Source of the DNA: Octopus vulgaris | Lineage: Eukaryota | Assembly (NCBI GenBank): GCA_951406725.2 | Contig: OX597814.1 | Location: forward strand, 135,904,001-135,968,000 | Reading direction: 5' to 3' | Length of the DNA stretch: 64,000 bases | Shown: positions 24,990 to 37,226 of the stretch, piece by piece | How positions within the stretch are numbered: position 1 is the stretch's first letter | Layout: every line of letters begins with the position of its first letter | The notes under the pieces: generated by a model | Database searches by the model: none | Seen by the model: the letters and a program-made list of their open reading frames with translations, nothing else | Told to the model about the DNA's origin: nothing | Position numbers and translations under genes: made by a program

Positions 24990-25360
24990 TATGACGTATC
25001 TCAGTTGAAAACTAGATTGCGACTGCCAAAAATGACCTTTTGTTGACTCATATTTTCAGCAAGCAGCATTATTTATATCATAAGATTTAGGTCAAGAAAG
25101 ATCAAACTGACACTTTCTGATTGGTCAAGGAAGGTCAGAAGGTATACAATATGCACAAAAGAAAAGACAGCTTTCTTGCTTTTAAGTTAGAGAAAATATA
25201 AATACACACAGCTGAAAATGTCTGCTGTGGTCTGTGAGTTGGTCTAAAGTTTAGTTGGTCATATCTTAGATAAATATGCTTAAAGTGGTTTTTGTTACAA
25301 AGGCAAAGCAAGTAAAGCTGATTTCAAGTCTGAAAGAGATGTGTTATGTGCATAAGGTGA
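24990..25360 (+). promoter_or_regulatory. Candidate promoter/enhancer motif cluster
   Basis: TGACGTA (24992), TGACTCA (25044), several AGGTCA/TGACCT half-sites, ATTGG (25120), TATAAATA (25197), possible donor AAG|GTGAAT (25357). Short motifs only. Confidence 0.3.
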
Positions 25361-26392
25361 ATTTCCTTCATCTATATCATACGCAGTATGATGAATCAAT
25401 CTACATCTTATGTAACATGTGTTTAGTATTCTAGTATTATGCTAAATTATATCTCAAGGCATCATAGCAAGAAAAGGTCATTGATAAAAGCTCATGAAGA
25501 CACTGTAAATGTTAAAGTTTCCAGCTTGTATGTTACACTTCGTTATTATCAGTTGCCAGAACAAAGCCCCAATTAATATTACAGAAATATCCACTTTGAA
25601 TACTTTCAAATCCAGGCTTAAAAGAACATGACAATATTGCAGATTAACTTTAGACCTATACATCTCTTACACACCTCTCTCTTAATCTATTGAACTGAAT
25701 TGATGACAAGCACAATAGCTTGTAGTAGCAGTGAATTACCACATTAAATTAGATATTTGTCTTGCTTCAGATTTCATTATACTAAATTTCAAGTAAAGAT
25801 TTTTGCCAACATAACATGGCAGTTCTGGTTTAGGACAAATATTGCTGAAATTTATCCTCAGGAGATATTGTCTCCAGCTGGCTATATGACACAATCTGTG
25901 TCCTTATATTTTCGAACAAGGGAATCTAGCATCACTACTCAGCTCAAAACAATATATGTGTATCGCAATTACTAGGTTATTGTTGACTTCTGTATTTTTG
26001 TATGTGTATGTGTGTGTGTGTGGTGAGGGCATGTGGCCTAGTTGTTAGGGTGTTGCAAGCATGATTGCAATATTGTGATTTCAATTCCTGAACTGAGGAG
26101 CTATGGAGTTGTTTTCTTATTTACAACAAAAGAGTGTAATTTGAGGGACATTCACCTGTTATTTCTTGTGGGTTAAGCAACCACATAGAGACTTCCTTAT
26201 TGACTACTTTTGTATGTGCATATGCATGTGTGTGTGTGTGTGTGTGTGCGTGTGTGTGCATGTGTGCGTGCATGTGTGTGTGGTGAGGGCGTGTGGCCTG
26301 GTGGCTATGGTGTTGCACTCATGATTGTAAGGTTATGATTTCAGTTCCTGAACTGGGGAGTTGGGGAGTGTTGTGTCCTTGAGCAAAACACT

Positions 26393-26490
26393 TTATCTCA
26401 CTTTGCTCTGCAATCACTTCATCTCTTTGCTCTGCAATCACTTCATCACTTTGCTCTGCAATCACTTTATCTCACTTTGCTCTGCAATCA
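26393..26490. repeat. Minisatellite, four ~24-27-bp units containing CTTTGCTCTGCAATCAC, inside a SINE
   Basis: Seen directly. Confidence 0.9.
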
Positions 26491-26695
26491 CAACAACGGT
26501 CTGATGTGTTGTAGACCGTGCACTGTGCATTTGATCACCAGAAACAAATCATTTGTGCAGGTTGTTCAGTGAGAAATTGCACAGCTATCTTTCTTGAGCT
26601 ACATCATGTGTGTGTGTGTGTGTGTGCGTATGTGTGTGCGTGTGTGTGTATGTGTGTGTGCATGTACATGTGTGTGCATGTGTATGTGTGTGACC

Positions 26696-26726
<31 letters not shown>

Positions 26727-28059
26727 TGTCTTTGTGTTCACCCATCACCACTTAACAACCAGTGTTGGTGTGTTTTCATCCCTGTAACTTGGCAGTTTAG
26801 CAAAAGACACTGATAGAATAAGTACTAGGCTTACAAAGAATAAGTCCTGGGGTTGATTTCTTTGACTAAAATCCTTCAAGGCAGTGCTGCAGCATGGCTG
26901 CAGTCAAATGACTGAAACAAGTAAAAGAATATGGGAACTATCATGAAAGACAATCAGATGGATTGTACCTCTTGTAATTCAAAGGGTCACATATTGTCTC
27001 ACTGGTTCTTATTTTCTAAAGGCTCTCTGACATAGAGGCACATAGCCTAGTGGTTAGAGCAGCGGACTCGTGGTCAAGGGATCATGGGTTTGAATCTCAG
27101 ACTGGGTGATGTGTGTGTTTATGAGTGAAACACCTAAGCTCCACGCGGCTCCGGCAGAAGGTAATGACAAACTTCTGCTGACTATCTCGCTACAACTTTC
27201 TCTCACTCTTTCCTCCCACATCTTGCAGCTCACCTGTGACAGACCGGCGTCCTGTCTATGTGGGAGACCTATATGCCAAGGAAACTGGGAAACTGACCCT
27301 TATGAGCCAGACGTGGCTCGAGAAGGAACAAAAAGGCTCTCTGGGATAGAAATCTCATTATCAGTTTAACATCCACATTTCCATGCTTGCATGGGTCAGG
27401 TGGAACTTGTTGAGGCAAATTTTCTTTGGCTGTATTCTCTTCCTGTCATCAACCCTCACCTGTTTCCAAGTAAGGTAATATTTTCCCATGCTCAGATTAT
27501 ATTTTCATGGAAGAATGGAAACAAATGACACTACTTCTATGTCGGTGACACTCGCTTACAACTATCATGTGATGTTAAGGCAAGGAGACAGTAACATGCA
27601 CACACACAGTGGAGGTGCATGGCTCAGCTGTTAAGGTGTTGGACTTATAATCATAAGATTGTGGTTTCAATTCTTGGACCAGGTGGTGCGTTGTGTTCTT
27701 GAGCAAAACACTTAATTTCATGTTACTCCAGTTCACTCAGCTGGCAAAAATGAGTAATCATGTGATGGACTGACATCCCGTCCAAGTGGGGTATATATAT
27801 GCCATGAAACTGGGACACCAGCCTTTATGAGTCAGCATGACTTGAGAAGGTAACTTTATCTTTTACACACGCACACACGACAGGCTTCTTTCAGTTTCCA
27901 TCTACCAAATCCACTCACAAGGCTTTGAATTTCCTGGAGCTATAGTAAAAGACATTTGTCAAAGGTGCCACACAATGGGACTGAACCCAAAACCATGTGG
28001 TTGGGAAGCAAGCTTTCTACCACACTACCACATCTATAACTAAATTAACATCGCTATAA

Positions 28060-28510
28060 ATAAACCTTCCCAGTATTTTCATTTTTTTTTAGCTGTGATG
28101 GAATGGGTACTAATAGTAGAAAAGTGTTCTACAGAATATATTTTCTCAGAATCAGTAATTCATCTATATTATTTCACATACAAATCCTCTCAGGATCCTT
28201 AGCTCCAGAATCCTTGGATCAATTTAAGCAGCTCATAACTAGCCTTTTTCAAAAGTTTAGCTTGCTGCCTATTCACAAGAAATCAATACATTTCCATTGC
28301 ATTGATTTTTCTCTGCTGAGAAATAAAACAAGCAACAGAAAAATACTCTGATTCATAAACTGAACTCTGTGTAACTTCTGGTGCAACAACTCTGAATGCC
28401 TTAAATGTATGTTTTTGTATAAATGAACTGAAATGCTATGTCAGCAATGAAGGCAATACATAATTGCCAAGTGCTTTGTAAACTTGCAATGACAAGTTTT
28501 AGTCAATTTT
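28060..28510 (-). mobile_element. Highly degenerate hAT (Charlie-like) transposase relic
   Basis: Minus strand STWQLCIAFIADIA resembles hAT W..DLAF..DI...LN..LQG; stops and frameshifts. Confidence 0.4.
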
Positions 28511-31289
28511 GTCATAGGCCAGCAGAAGGTAATGGGAAATGTCGATAATCCATTTTGAGCCACCATATGAAGACAAAGTTTTCCATGCCCCACCATCTGA
28601 TAGATTTATGAGTCTGGGGGCTTGGTGGCCCGGAATAATGATAGATACTTGGATCCATTATCGAATAACACTGCCTCCGTCATGAATAACTATGGAACTG
28701 CACCTAGAAAGTTACCCTCTGAGGCACAAGTTCAGACAAGGTTGTTTATGGAAGACAAGCAGTCACCCATGCATACCAGTCTCCCTTCTCCATGCCACTG
28801 ATGTTATCCAAAGGAAAGGTAAAGGCTGATACAGCTTGACACCAGTGATATTGCAACTCATTTCTACAGCTGAGTGAACTAGAACAATGTGAAATAAAGT
28901 GTCTTGCTCAAGAACTCAGCACACAGCCCAGTCCAAGAATCAAACTTTCGTCCATACATTAAAGAAGCATCTTTATAATGAATTGGGAATTTTTATCTTC
29001 AATGCTGGGGTACTGCCTTGAGTAATTTTAGTCTTACTAATCAACCCCACTACTTATTTTCCATTTAAACATAGTGCTTATTATGTCAGCTTTTTTTTTG
29101 CTGAACCACTAAGTTATGGGGATGTAAACACACCAACACTTGTTGTAAAGGCGTGGTGGGAAACAAACACAAACATGAAGACACACACACACACACAGAG
29201 GACAAGTGTCTTTCAGTTTCTTTCTACCTAATCAGCTCACAAGATGAAGACACCATAGTAGAAGACACTTGACCATGGGACTGAACCCGAAACCATGTTG
29301 TTGGGAAGCAAACTTCTTACCACACAGCCATGCCTACACTTATGATTTACTTTGTATATGTTATGATTAATATTTATTATCTTATCTGTAAAAGCAGAGC
29401 ATATCTTACCTACTCAGATCCTATGCTCTTGCTTTAAAAGTTATGCAAGGACTCTTTTCATGGTGATCATCATCATCATCATCGTCGTTTAACGTCCGTT
29501 CTCCATGCTAGCATGGGTTGGACGGTTCGACCGGGGTTCTGGGAAGCCAGAAGGCTGCACCAGGCTCCAGTCTAAATTTGGCAACGTACCATCAGACCAG
29601 GGATCCTGGCTGGTTCAATTCGATTTCGATTTCGCTTGCCCCAACATGTCTTCATAAGCAAAGGGGGTTGGCATGGGTGCCTCTTTACAATTATTGTGAA
29701 ATTTAGTAAAGAAGAGCATTTATTGTTTTCAGTCTGTCTGTTGACATTTGATTTTGGAATTTCATGGTTTCTGGGCAAGCATCATAGCAAACATCTTGAG
29801 CAGGCTTGGATTACATTGGAATAGAATTTGTGATTAGTAAAAGCATCATTGCCTTGTTGATGTGCTTAATCTTTACTGCTAAAGAAAATAAAATGGAAAT
29901 GAAATAATTACCCAAAAATCTTGCATGCACACACACATGCAAGACAAGTCAAGCCTTCCTTTTATAGGGCCCAAAGCACAGCAACATCCTGGGGCCTATA
30001 GTATTTATTGACAACAAGTCACAGCACTCATAGATTATCTCTGGGCCTTTAAACATATGGGGTCCTTTATGCCAATAATTTAAGAATGCACAATATATAG
30101 GACTTTATCATCATCATCATCATCATTGCTTAGCATCTGCTTTCCATGCTGGTATGGGTTAGATGGATTGACTGAAACTAGTAAGCTGGATAGCTGCACC
30201 AAGTTCCAGACTGATTTTGCTTGGTTTCAATGGCTGGATACCCTTCCTAACACCAACCACTTCAAGAGTGTAACTGGTGATTTTTATATGCCACTGACAT
30301 GGGTGCCAGTTATGTGACACTGGCATCAGCCACAACTACGATTTTGCTTGGCTTGATGAATCTTCTCAGGCACGGCATATTGGCAAAGGTCTCAGTCACT
30401 TGTCATCACCTCCGTGTGGCCCAACATTCAATGGGTGCTTTTTACATGTCACCAGTACAGGTGCCAGTTGCAAGACACCAGCATCAGCCAAAACTATGCT
30501 TTTAGATAAAGATACATATCATTATCATCATTGTTTCAATATCTATTTTTCTATGTTTGCACACTATATATATATATATATATATATGTGCTTATCTGGT
30601 ATATTCAACAGAAAAAGGCAGAGCTTCTCTGAAGCAAAGCCAGAAATCCAGGATCTTGAATTATCCAGTAAAATCTTTTTTTGCTAGTTTATTTTGTCTC
30701 TCTGTCTTCTCTCCTGACATGATATGAACATTTAAAGTGGTTTTAGGGTCAGGGTTTTGACTGCTATTTCAGCATGGTGGTATCTCTCAGATACCCTAAT
30801 ATATAGTTTTATACACACACACACACCCACATATATATAAGACACTCAATACACTCTGTAGAGTAGGTGGAGTGGTTGGTGTGAGGACAACCATGCAGCC
30901 ATAGAAACCAAGCCAAACAGATTGGAGCCTGGTGCAGGTCTCCAGCTTACCAACTCCTGTCAAACCATCTAATCCATACTAGCATGGAAAATGGACGTTA
31001 AATGATGACGATGATAATGCTGCTGCTGCTGATGATGACGACAATGGCGATAATGTTGATTTGGTTGTTTTTATTTCACTTTTAATCTACTAATCCACTC
31101 ACAAGTCTTTGGTTGGCCTGGGTACTGTGCAGAGGAACTGAACTTGAAAGCATGAGGCTGCAAAGTGAATCTCTTAAACATACAGCCCTGCATATATGTA
31201 AGTAAATGTGTGCATATATGCTCATATGTTGATGTATAGACACTGTGGTTGCATGTATATATGCATAAATTTGTATGTGTACTATATAT

Positions 31290-32169
31290 GAAGAAATGTT
31301 CTCTGTGAGATAAGCTTGTAGCTCAGGCTTCAGTCACTAAAAGTCACTTGATGCAACCCTCAGGCATCAGTATGCCAACCAGCATCATTGAGTGAAGTTG
31401 TGCTGCCACATGGTGCATCTTTGTTTTGAGGTGCTTCTCCCCAGTTTGTTGATTGTTGTGATGGCTGAAATGAAGGAGCAGCGAGCTTCTGTGAAATTCT
31501 GTTTTTTACTGGGGACAATGGTGGCTGTGACAGTCGTCATGCTTCAAACAGCTTACAATGATACTGCCATGAGCAAAACACAAGTTTATGAGTAGTTTTC
31601 ACTCTTTAGAAATGGTCACTTGTCTCTTGAAGAACAATCTTGTTAAGGGAGTCTGTCGACCTCCCGAATGAATGAAAACATCACGAAAATTCATGAACTG
31701 ATCTTGGGGGACCATCACTGAACAATTGTCAAACTTGTTAATATGAATGGTGTGTCCTGGAGCTCCTGCTAACGAATTGTGAGTGAGGAATTATGAATGC
31801 AAAGTGTTGCAGCAAAATTTGTGCCTCAATTGCTCACAGATCAAAAATAGTCACGACTGAATGTGTGTCATGACCTGAAAGAATAGTTGGAAATTGATCC
31901 GGATCTCTTTTCAAAGGTCATCACTGGTGATGAAAGTAGGTGCTATGGAATTTGCAGATGTGAAAGAGGTGAAGAAAAAAAGGACAGAGGCAGTAAAAGG
32001 CATCACTTTGCAAGAGTTTCAACACTGCTTTGAACAGTGAGAAACACGTCTGGACCGATGCATTGCTTCAAATGGAGAATACTTTGAAGGCGATAAAAGT
32101 GTAAACATATAAAATTAAGTAAATAAAATAATATTGCAAAATTCTGGTTTCTTTTTGGTAACCCTCGTA
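31290..32169 (+). mobile_element. Mariner transposon relic, internally deleted
   Basis: MAEMKEQRASVKFCFLLG..AMSKTQVYE*; AAKFVPQLLT; KVITGDES; LDRCIASNGEYFEGDK; right TIR ..TTTTGGTAACCCTCG|TA. Left TIR not found. Confidence 0.9.
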
Positions 32170-32937
32170 TATGCATCCGTATGTTCGCAAATGAATGAGT
32201 GTGTACATACACATGTGCTCTATTTGGCACATATTCATGAATACCTTCAAATATTTGCATGTATAAGTATATGCATATCTGTGCATATGTGTCTGTCTAT
32301 CTATCTATTTATTAGTTATATGTATGACTGTGTGTATTTATATTTTTATCATACATATGTGTGCTTTTTTTCTTAGATGTTTGTTTATGCTGTTTGATTC
32401 CTTTGCATTTTATTCTATTTTCTTAATACTTCCTCTTCACTTAGCAGGCATATTTTGAAATATATTGATTATCATATACCACTCCTGTAATATTATTGAT
32501 CAAAGATTCCTGGAAATTCAAATTCATTCATCTATAAAGAGTAAATTCATGCTTTGTAAGTTAGTTTGATATGAGTAATGCATGAAATTCTTGACCCTTC
32601 ACTTAGCATGTAACTTTACAACCAAATAAAAGATGTATATATATATCATCATGATCATCATTGTTTAATGTCCGTTTTCCATGCTGGCATGGGTTTGACG
32701 GTTTGACCGAGGTCTGGGAAGCCAGGAGGCTGCACCAGGCTCCAGTCTGATTTGGCAGTGTTTCTACAGCTGGATGCCCTTCCTAACACTAACTACTCCA
32801 TGAGTGTAGTGGGTGCTTTTTATGTGCCACCAGCACAGGGGCCATGTATGTATGTATGTATGTATGTATGTATGTATGTATGTATGCATGCATGCATGCA
32901 TGTATGTATGCATTTATGTATGTATGTATGTATGCTG

Positions 32938-33590
32938 TGCTACCAGCATCCAAAACTGAATATTAAACTTACAGGAAACACCGGTCCACAGGGAATTTCA
33001 ATCCCAGAGCCTAAGTCTGTGAGGGACCTGGGTATCGACATGAGTGATGATACCTCTTTCCAAGTGCACATTACCAGGATGGCAACAAAGTGCAGACGAC
33101 TGGCTGGGTGGATCCTAAGAACATTCAGAACCAGAGATAAGGAAACCATGATGGTCCTCTGGCGGACATTCGTCCTCAGTCGCCTGGATTACTGCTCACA
33201 GCTATGGTCACCCACCAGTGTAAAATTAACAGCGGACCTTGAAGCAATCCAGAGAAGATTCACAAAGAAGATCGTCTCTTTGCAACAGCTCAGCTACTGG
33301 GAAAGGTTGAAACAGCTAAGACTCTACTCCCTGGAGAGAAGACGGGAGAGGTATGCAGTAATATATGTCTGGAAGATCCTGGAAGGAATTGTGCCAAATT
33401 TTGGCATTGTAATCTTCCTGTCAAGAGTCCCAGATGAACCTACCTCACGGCAAGAGGTGCAAATGAGAGTAGCTGTATCAAACTCCATTCTTCACCAAGT
33501 GCTACATATTAGACGAGGTTCGTCGCAATAACAGTGTAGCACAAAACGGCAGTGCATCAGCATGGCCGCAGCTCTGAGCTGAAACTAGAA
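32938..33590 (+). mobile_element. 5'-truncated CR1/L2-group LINE 3' end with an internal deletion
   Basis: VRDLGI, GWILRTFRTRDKETM, RLDYCSQLWSP, LEAIQRRFTK, LYSLERRRERY; 3' end CAGCATGGCCGCAGCTCTGAGCTGAAACTAG plus A-run. Confidence 0.9.
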
Positions 33591-33654
33591 AAAAAAAATA
33601 TACATATATATATCTTTTATTTGGTTGTAAAGTTATATATATATATATACATAG

Positions 33655-33703
<49 letters not shown>

Positions 33704-33815
33704 AATATGTGTATGTCATCACCATCATCCTTTATCATCTGTTTTACATGTCACCAGCATGGGTGTCTCTTATGTGTCACCAGCAGTGCCATCTCCCATG
33801 TGTCATTAGCACATA

Positions 33816-33873
<58 letters not shown>

Positions 33874-33974
33874 TTGGACTGTGGCCATACTGGGATACTG
33901 CCTTGAATAGTTTAGTTTTTTTACTGAATCTAGATACACTTCACATTTTCATTGCTTCTGTAGTGATACTTTTC

Positions 33975-34303
33975 TTTTGAATTCAGAATGTAAAGCCAGA
34001 AACAAATTCCAGAAAGTGTTTTGTCTGGTGTGCTATTGATTCTAATAGCTCACCATCTTAATTCTACTACTATTACTATTAATAATAATCCTTTCTGTTA
34101 TAGGCACAAGGGCTAAACTTTTTGGTGAAGGGGTAAGTCAATTATATTGATCTCAGTTCTCAATTGGTACTTATTTTATTGCTTCTGAATAGATGAAAGG
34201 TAAAGACGACCTCAGCAGAATTTGAATTCAGAATGTAAAGACAGATAAAATGCCACTAACCATTTTGCCTAGCATGTTAATGATTCTGCTAGCTTGCTCC
34301 CTC

Positions 34304-34351
<48 letters not shown>

Positions 34352-34488
34352 CTTAAATTATAAATGAGAAGCTGATCTCCAGCTGTCTGTCCATAACAAC
34401 ATCTATGTAGAAGGAGGGAAGAGTGGAGATTCACAATATATATTTATAAACAGGGAAGGGAAAAAGCTGTTGTTGGGAGAGAAATATA

Positions 34489-34571
<83 letters not shown>

Positions 34572-35886
34572 AGCCAGATAGGTAGTGTTGTCATCATAGT
34601 AACTAACTCTCTTTCACTATAATGATAAGTTGTTGTTTAGAGAGAAATACATTGAGTGAAAGATAGAATTAAAATTTGTTTCAAAATAATATTAAAAAAA
34701 ACAGCTTGTTGTTGAGCATATCAATGAAACCATAGTACTAGGCTTCTGCTGAAGGATCTATTTCATCTTGATTAAGTTATTACCTGGCAGTGTAGCAATG
34801 GGTTATGACTAAGGAATAAGGCCTGAAATTTTGTGGGGAGGGAGTTGTCAGTTACATCGACCACACTACATGACTGTTACTTATTTTATGGACCCAGAAA
34901 GATGAAAGGCAAAGTTGACCTTGGTAGAATAATAATGATTATAATAATAATGATGGTTTCTGGTTTAGGCACAACACCAGTAGTTTTTAAGGGAAGGTAG
35001 TAAATTGGTACCATCATTCTTAGTATTTGACCGGTACTTGTTTTTATCAACCTTGAAAGGATGAAAGGTAAAGTTGACTTTAGTGGGAGCTAAACTCAGA
35101 ATGTAAAGAACCAGAACAAACAATTCTGTAATGCTTCTACTAGTTCACTTCTAATTTTGGCGGAAGCCCAGCTATTTTGAAAGCAGGGAGAAAATTGATT
35201 ACATTGACACCGGTACTTTATTTTACCAGCACCAAAAAATAAACAGTAAGTTCTTGATCTTGGTGAAATTTGAACTTGGAATGTCAAGAGCTGGAGAAAT
35301 GTCACTAAGCATTTTGTCAGATACGCTAACAATTGTGCTAGCTCACCACCTTTAATAATAATAATAATAATATAATAATTATAATGATCCTTTCTACTAT
35401 AGGCACAAGGCCTGAAATTTTAAGGGAGGGAACCAGTTGATTACAATGACCCCACTGCTCAACTGGTACTTAATTTGTTGACCCTGAAAGGATGAAAGGC
35501 AAAGTCAGCCTGGTGGAATTTGAATGCAGGACATAAGGATGGATGAAATGCTGTTAAGCATTTTTCCTGGTATGCTAATGATTCTGGCAGCTTGCTGTCT
35601 TTTTAATAATAATGATAATAATAATAATAATAATAATAAATAATAATAATAATCTTTTCTAGTAAAGGCACAAGACCTGAAATTGCTGGGGAGGAGACTA
35701 GTCGATTACATTGACTCCAGTGTTTTATTGGTACTTAATTTATCCATCTTGAAAGGATGAAGAGGCAAAGCCAACCTTGGTGGAATTTGAACTCAGAACA
35801 TAGCGACAGGCAAAGTACCGCTAAACATTTCATCCAACATACTAACGATTCTGCCAGCCTGCTGCTGTAATAATAATAACAATAAC

Positions 35887-35919
<33 letters not shown>

Positions 35920-36090
35920 TCTTTCTACTATAGGCACAAACACGAAACTTAAATTGATTCTAGTCCTCAACTGATATTTATTTTATCAACTCAAAATGAC
36001 AGAAAGTAAAGCTGACTTTGGTAGAATAATAATAATTATGATTTCAAATTTTTGGCATAAGGCCAGCGATTTTAAGGGGAGGAGGTTAAT
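33975..36090 (-). mobile_element. Array of ~6-8 full or partial minus-strand Meta-like SINEs separated by (AAT)n; includes (GA)n at ~34492-34567
   Basis: Recurrent CTTTCTACTATAGGCACAAG..GATGAAAGGYAAAGT..GAATTTGAA units. Confidence 0.85.
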
Positions 36091-36222
36091 TGGAATCACT
36101 CAAGAGCCTATAGTTTCATGCCAAAGCACACATCAAGTTTGCAAGTCGTGTCACCTGTTGCTCTTTAGCTAATATTACACACACACTGACATACACACAC
36201 GTGTATGCATATGCAAATTTTA

Positions 36223-36259
<37 letters not shown>

Positions 36260-36330
36260 GATAAAATTTTCAAAAAAATTTTATCAGTGGCCGGCATATT
36301 AAAAAATACCTTTTAATGTGAAATTTATAA

Positions 36331-36490
36331 GCAACTTATAAATAAGGGCAAAAGAAAGAAATTTTCAATGCCAAAAATAGATGCGTGCTTATAGTGATGA
36401 ATTATATGTGGTCATTGACAATTTAAAGTCTATTCTCGGGATATTTGGCATTGAAATCTTTTTTTTCTTTTACCCTTATTTATAAGTTGC
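36331..36490. repeat. Inverted repeat, ~45-bp arms (36331-36375 / 36444-36490), between (TA)n tracts
   Basis: GCAACTTATAAATAAGGGCAAAAGAAA..TTTCAATGCCAAA vs TTTGGCATTGAAA..TTTCTTTTACCCTTATTTATAAGTTGC. Confidence 0.9.
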
Positions 36491-36513
36491 GTGTGTGTGT
36501 GTGTGTGTGTGTT

Positions 36514-36647
<134 letters not shown>

Positions 36648-37039
36648 AGCTATATATATATTGACACACTGACTTGTTTAAATATGTATATGAGCATCTG
36701 TGACATTTCGAAGATTAAATTTTTTTTAAAAGCTTAATAATTTTCCAACTTCTTTATAGAATAATAATTAAGGCAGAATCATAATAGAGGTTGATTTCAA
36801 AAACTAGTGTTAATGGCTTCAGTACTACCTCTGATTTTCAATTACAATAATCTAAAGAAAAGCATTGTGAATTAAAAAAAAAAAATCAATAAAGAGGAAA
36901 TGATTAATCTGAAAACTCAATACATTTGCAATTGAAATGAAATAGGTTAAAATCAATGAAGAAAACGTGTTTTTCAAGAGGGAGAGATGTTGGGACTGTG
37001 CTTATGAGGTGTTCTGGTTGTGACAGCAAATTTAGTATG

Positions 37040-37226
37040 GAATTACCGAGGAGTTACGTCCCCTGAGCCTACTGTGATTGGCTAATTTGGTTGCTAAATT
37101 ATTATGGGATAACACTGTAATCTGTTCAAGTGGTTCACTGCTGGTAATATCATCACTGGTCTTCGGAGTTGTCGTTTGTTTATTATTTATTTACCTTGTT
37201 CCAGTGCTAAACACACAAAGGTAAGC
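37040..37226 (+). promoter_or_regulatory. Candidate promoter and non-coding first exon of a + strand gene
   Basis: GGAGTTACGTCCC (37050), reverse CCAAT TGATTGGCT (~37075), strong donor AAG|GTAAGC at 37220/37221, at the left edge of a CpG-retaining domain. Confidence 0.5.

Noticed and set aside
32752-33531. 259-aa ORF as a host gene
   Set aside because: Chance read-through of an antisense SINE, a (TATG)n microsatellite and a LINE fragment.
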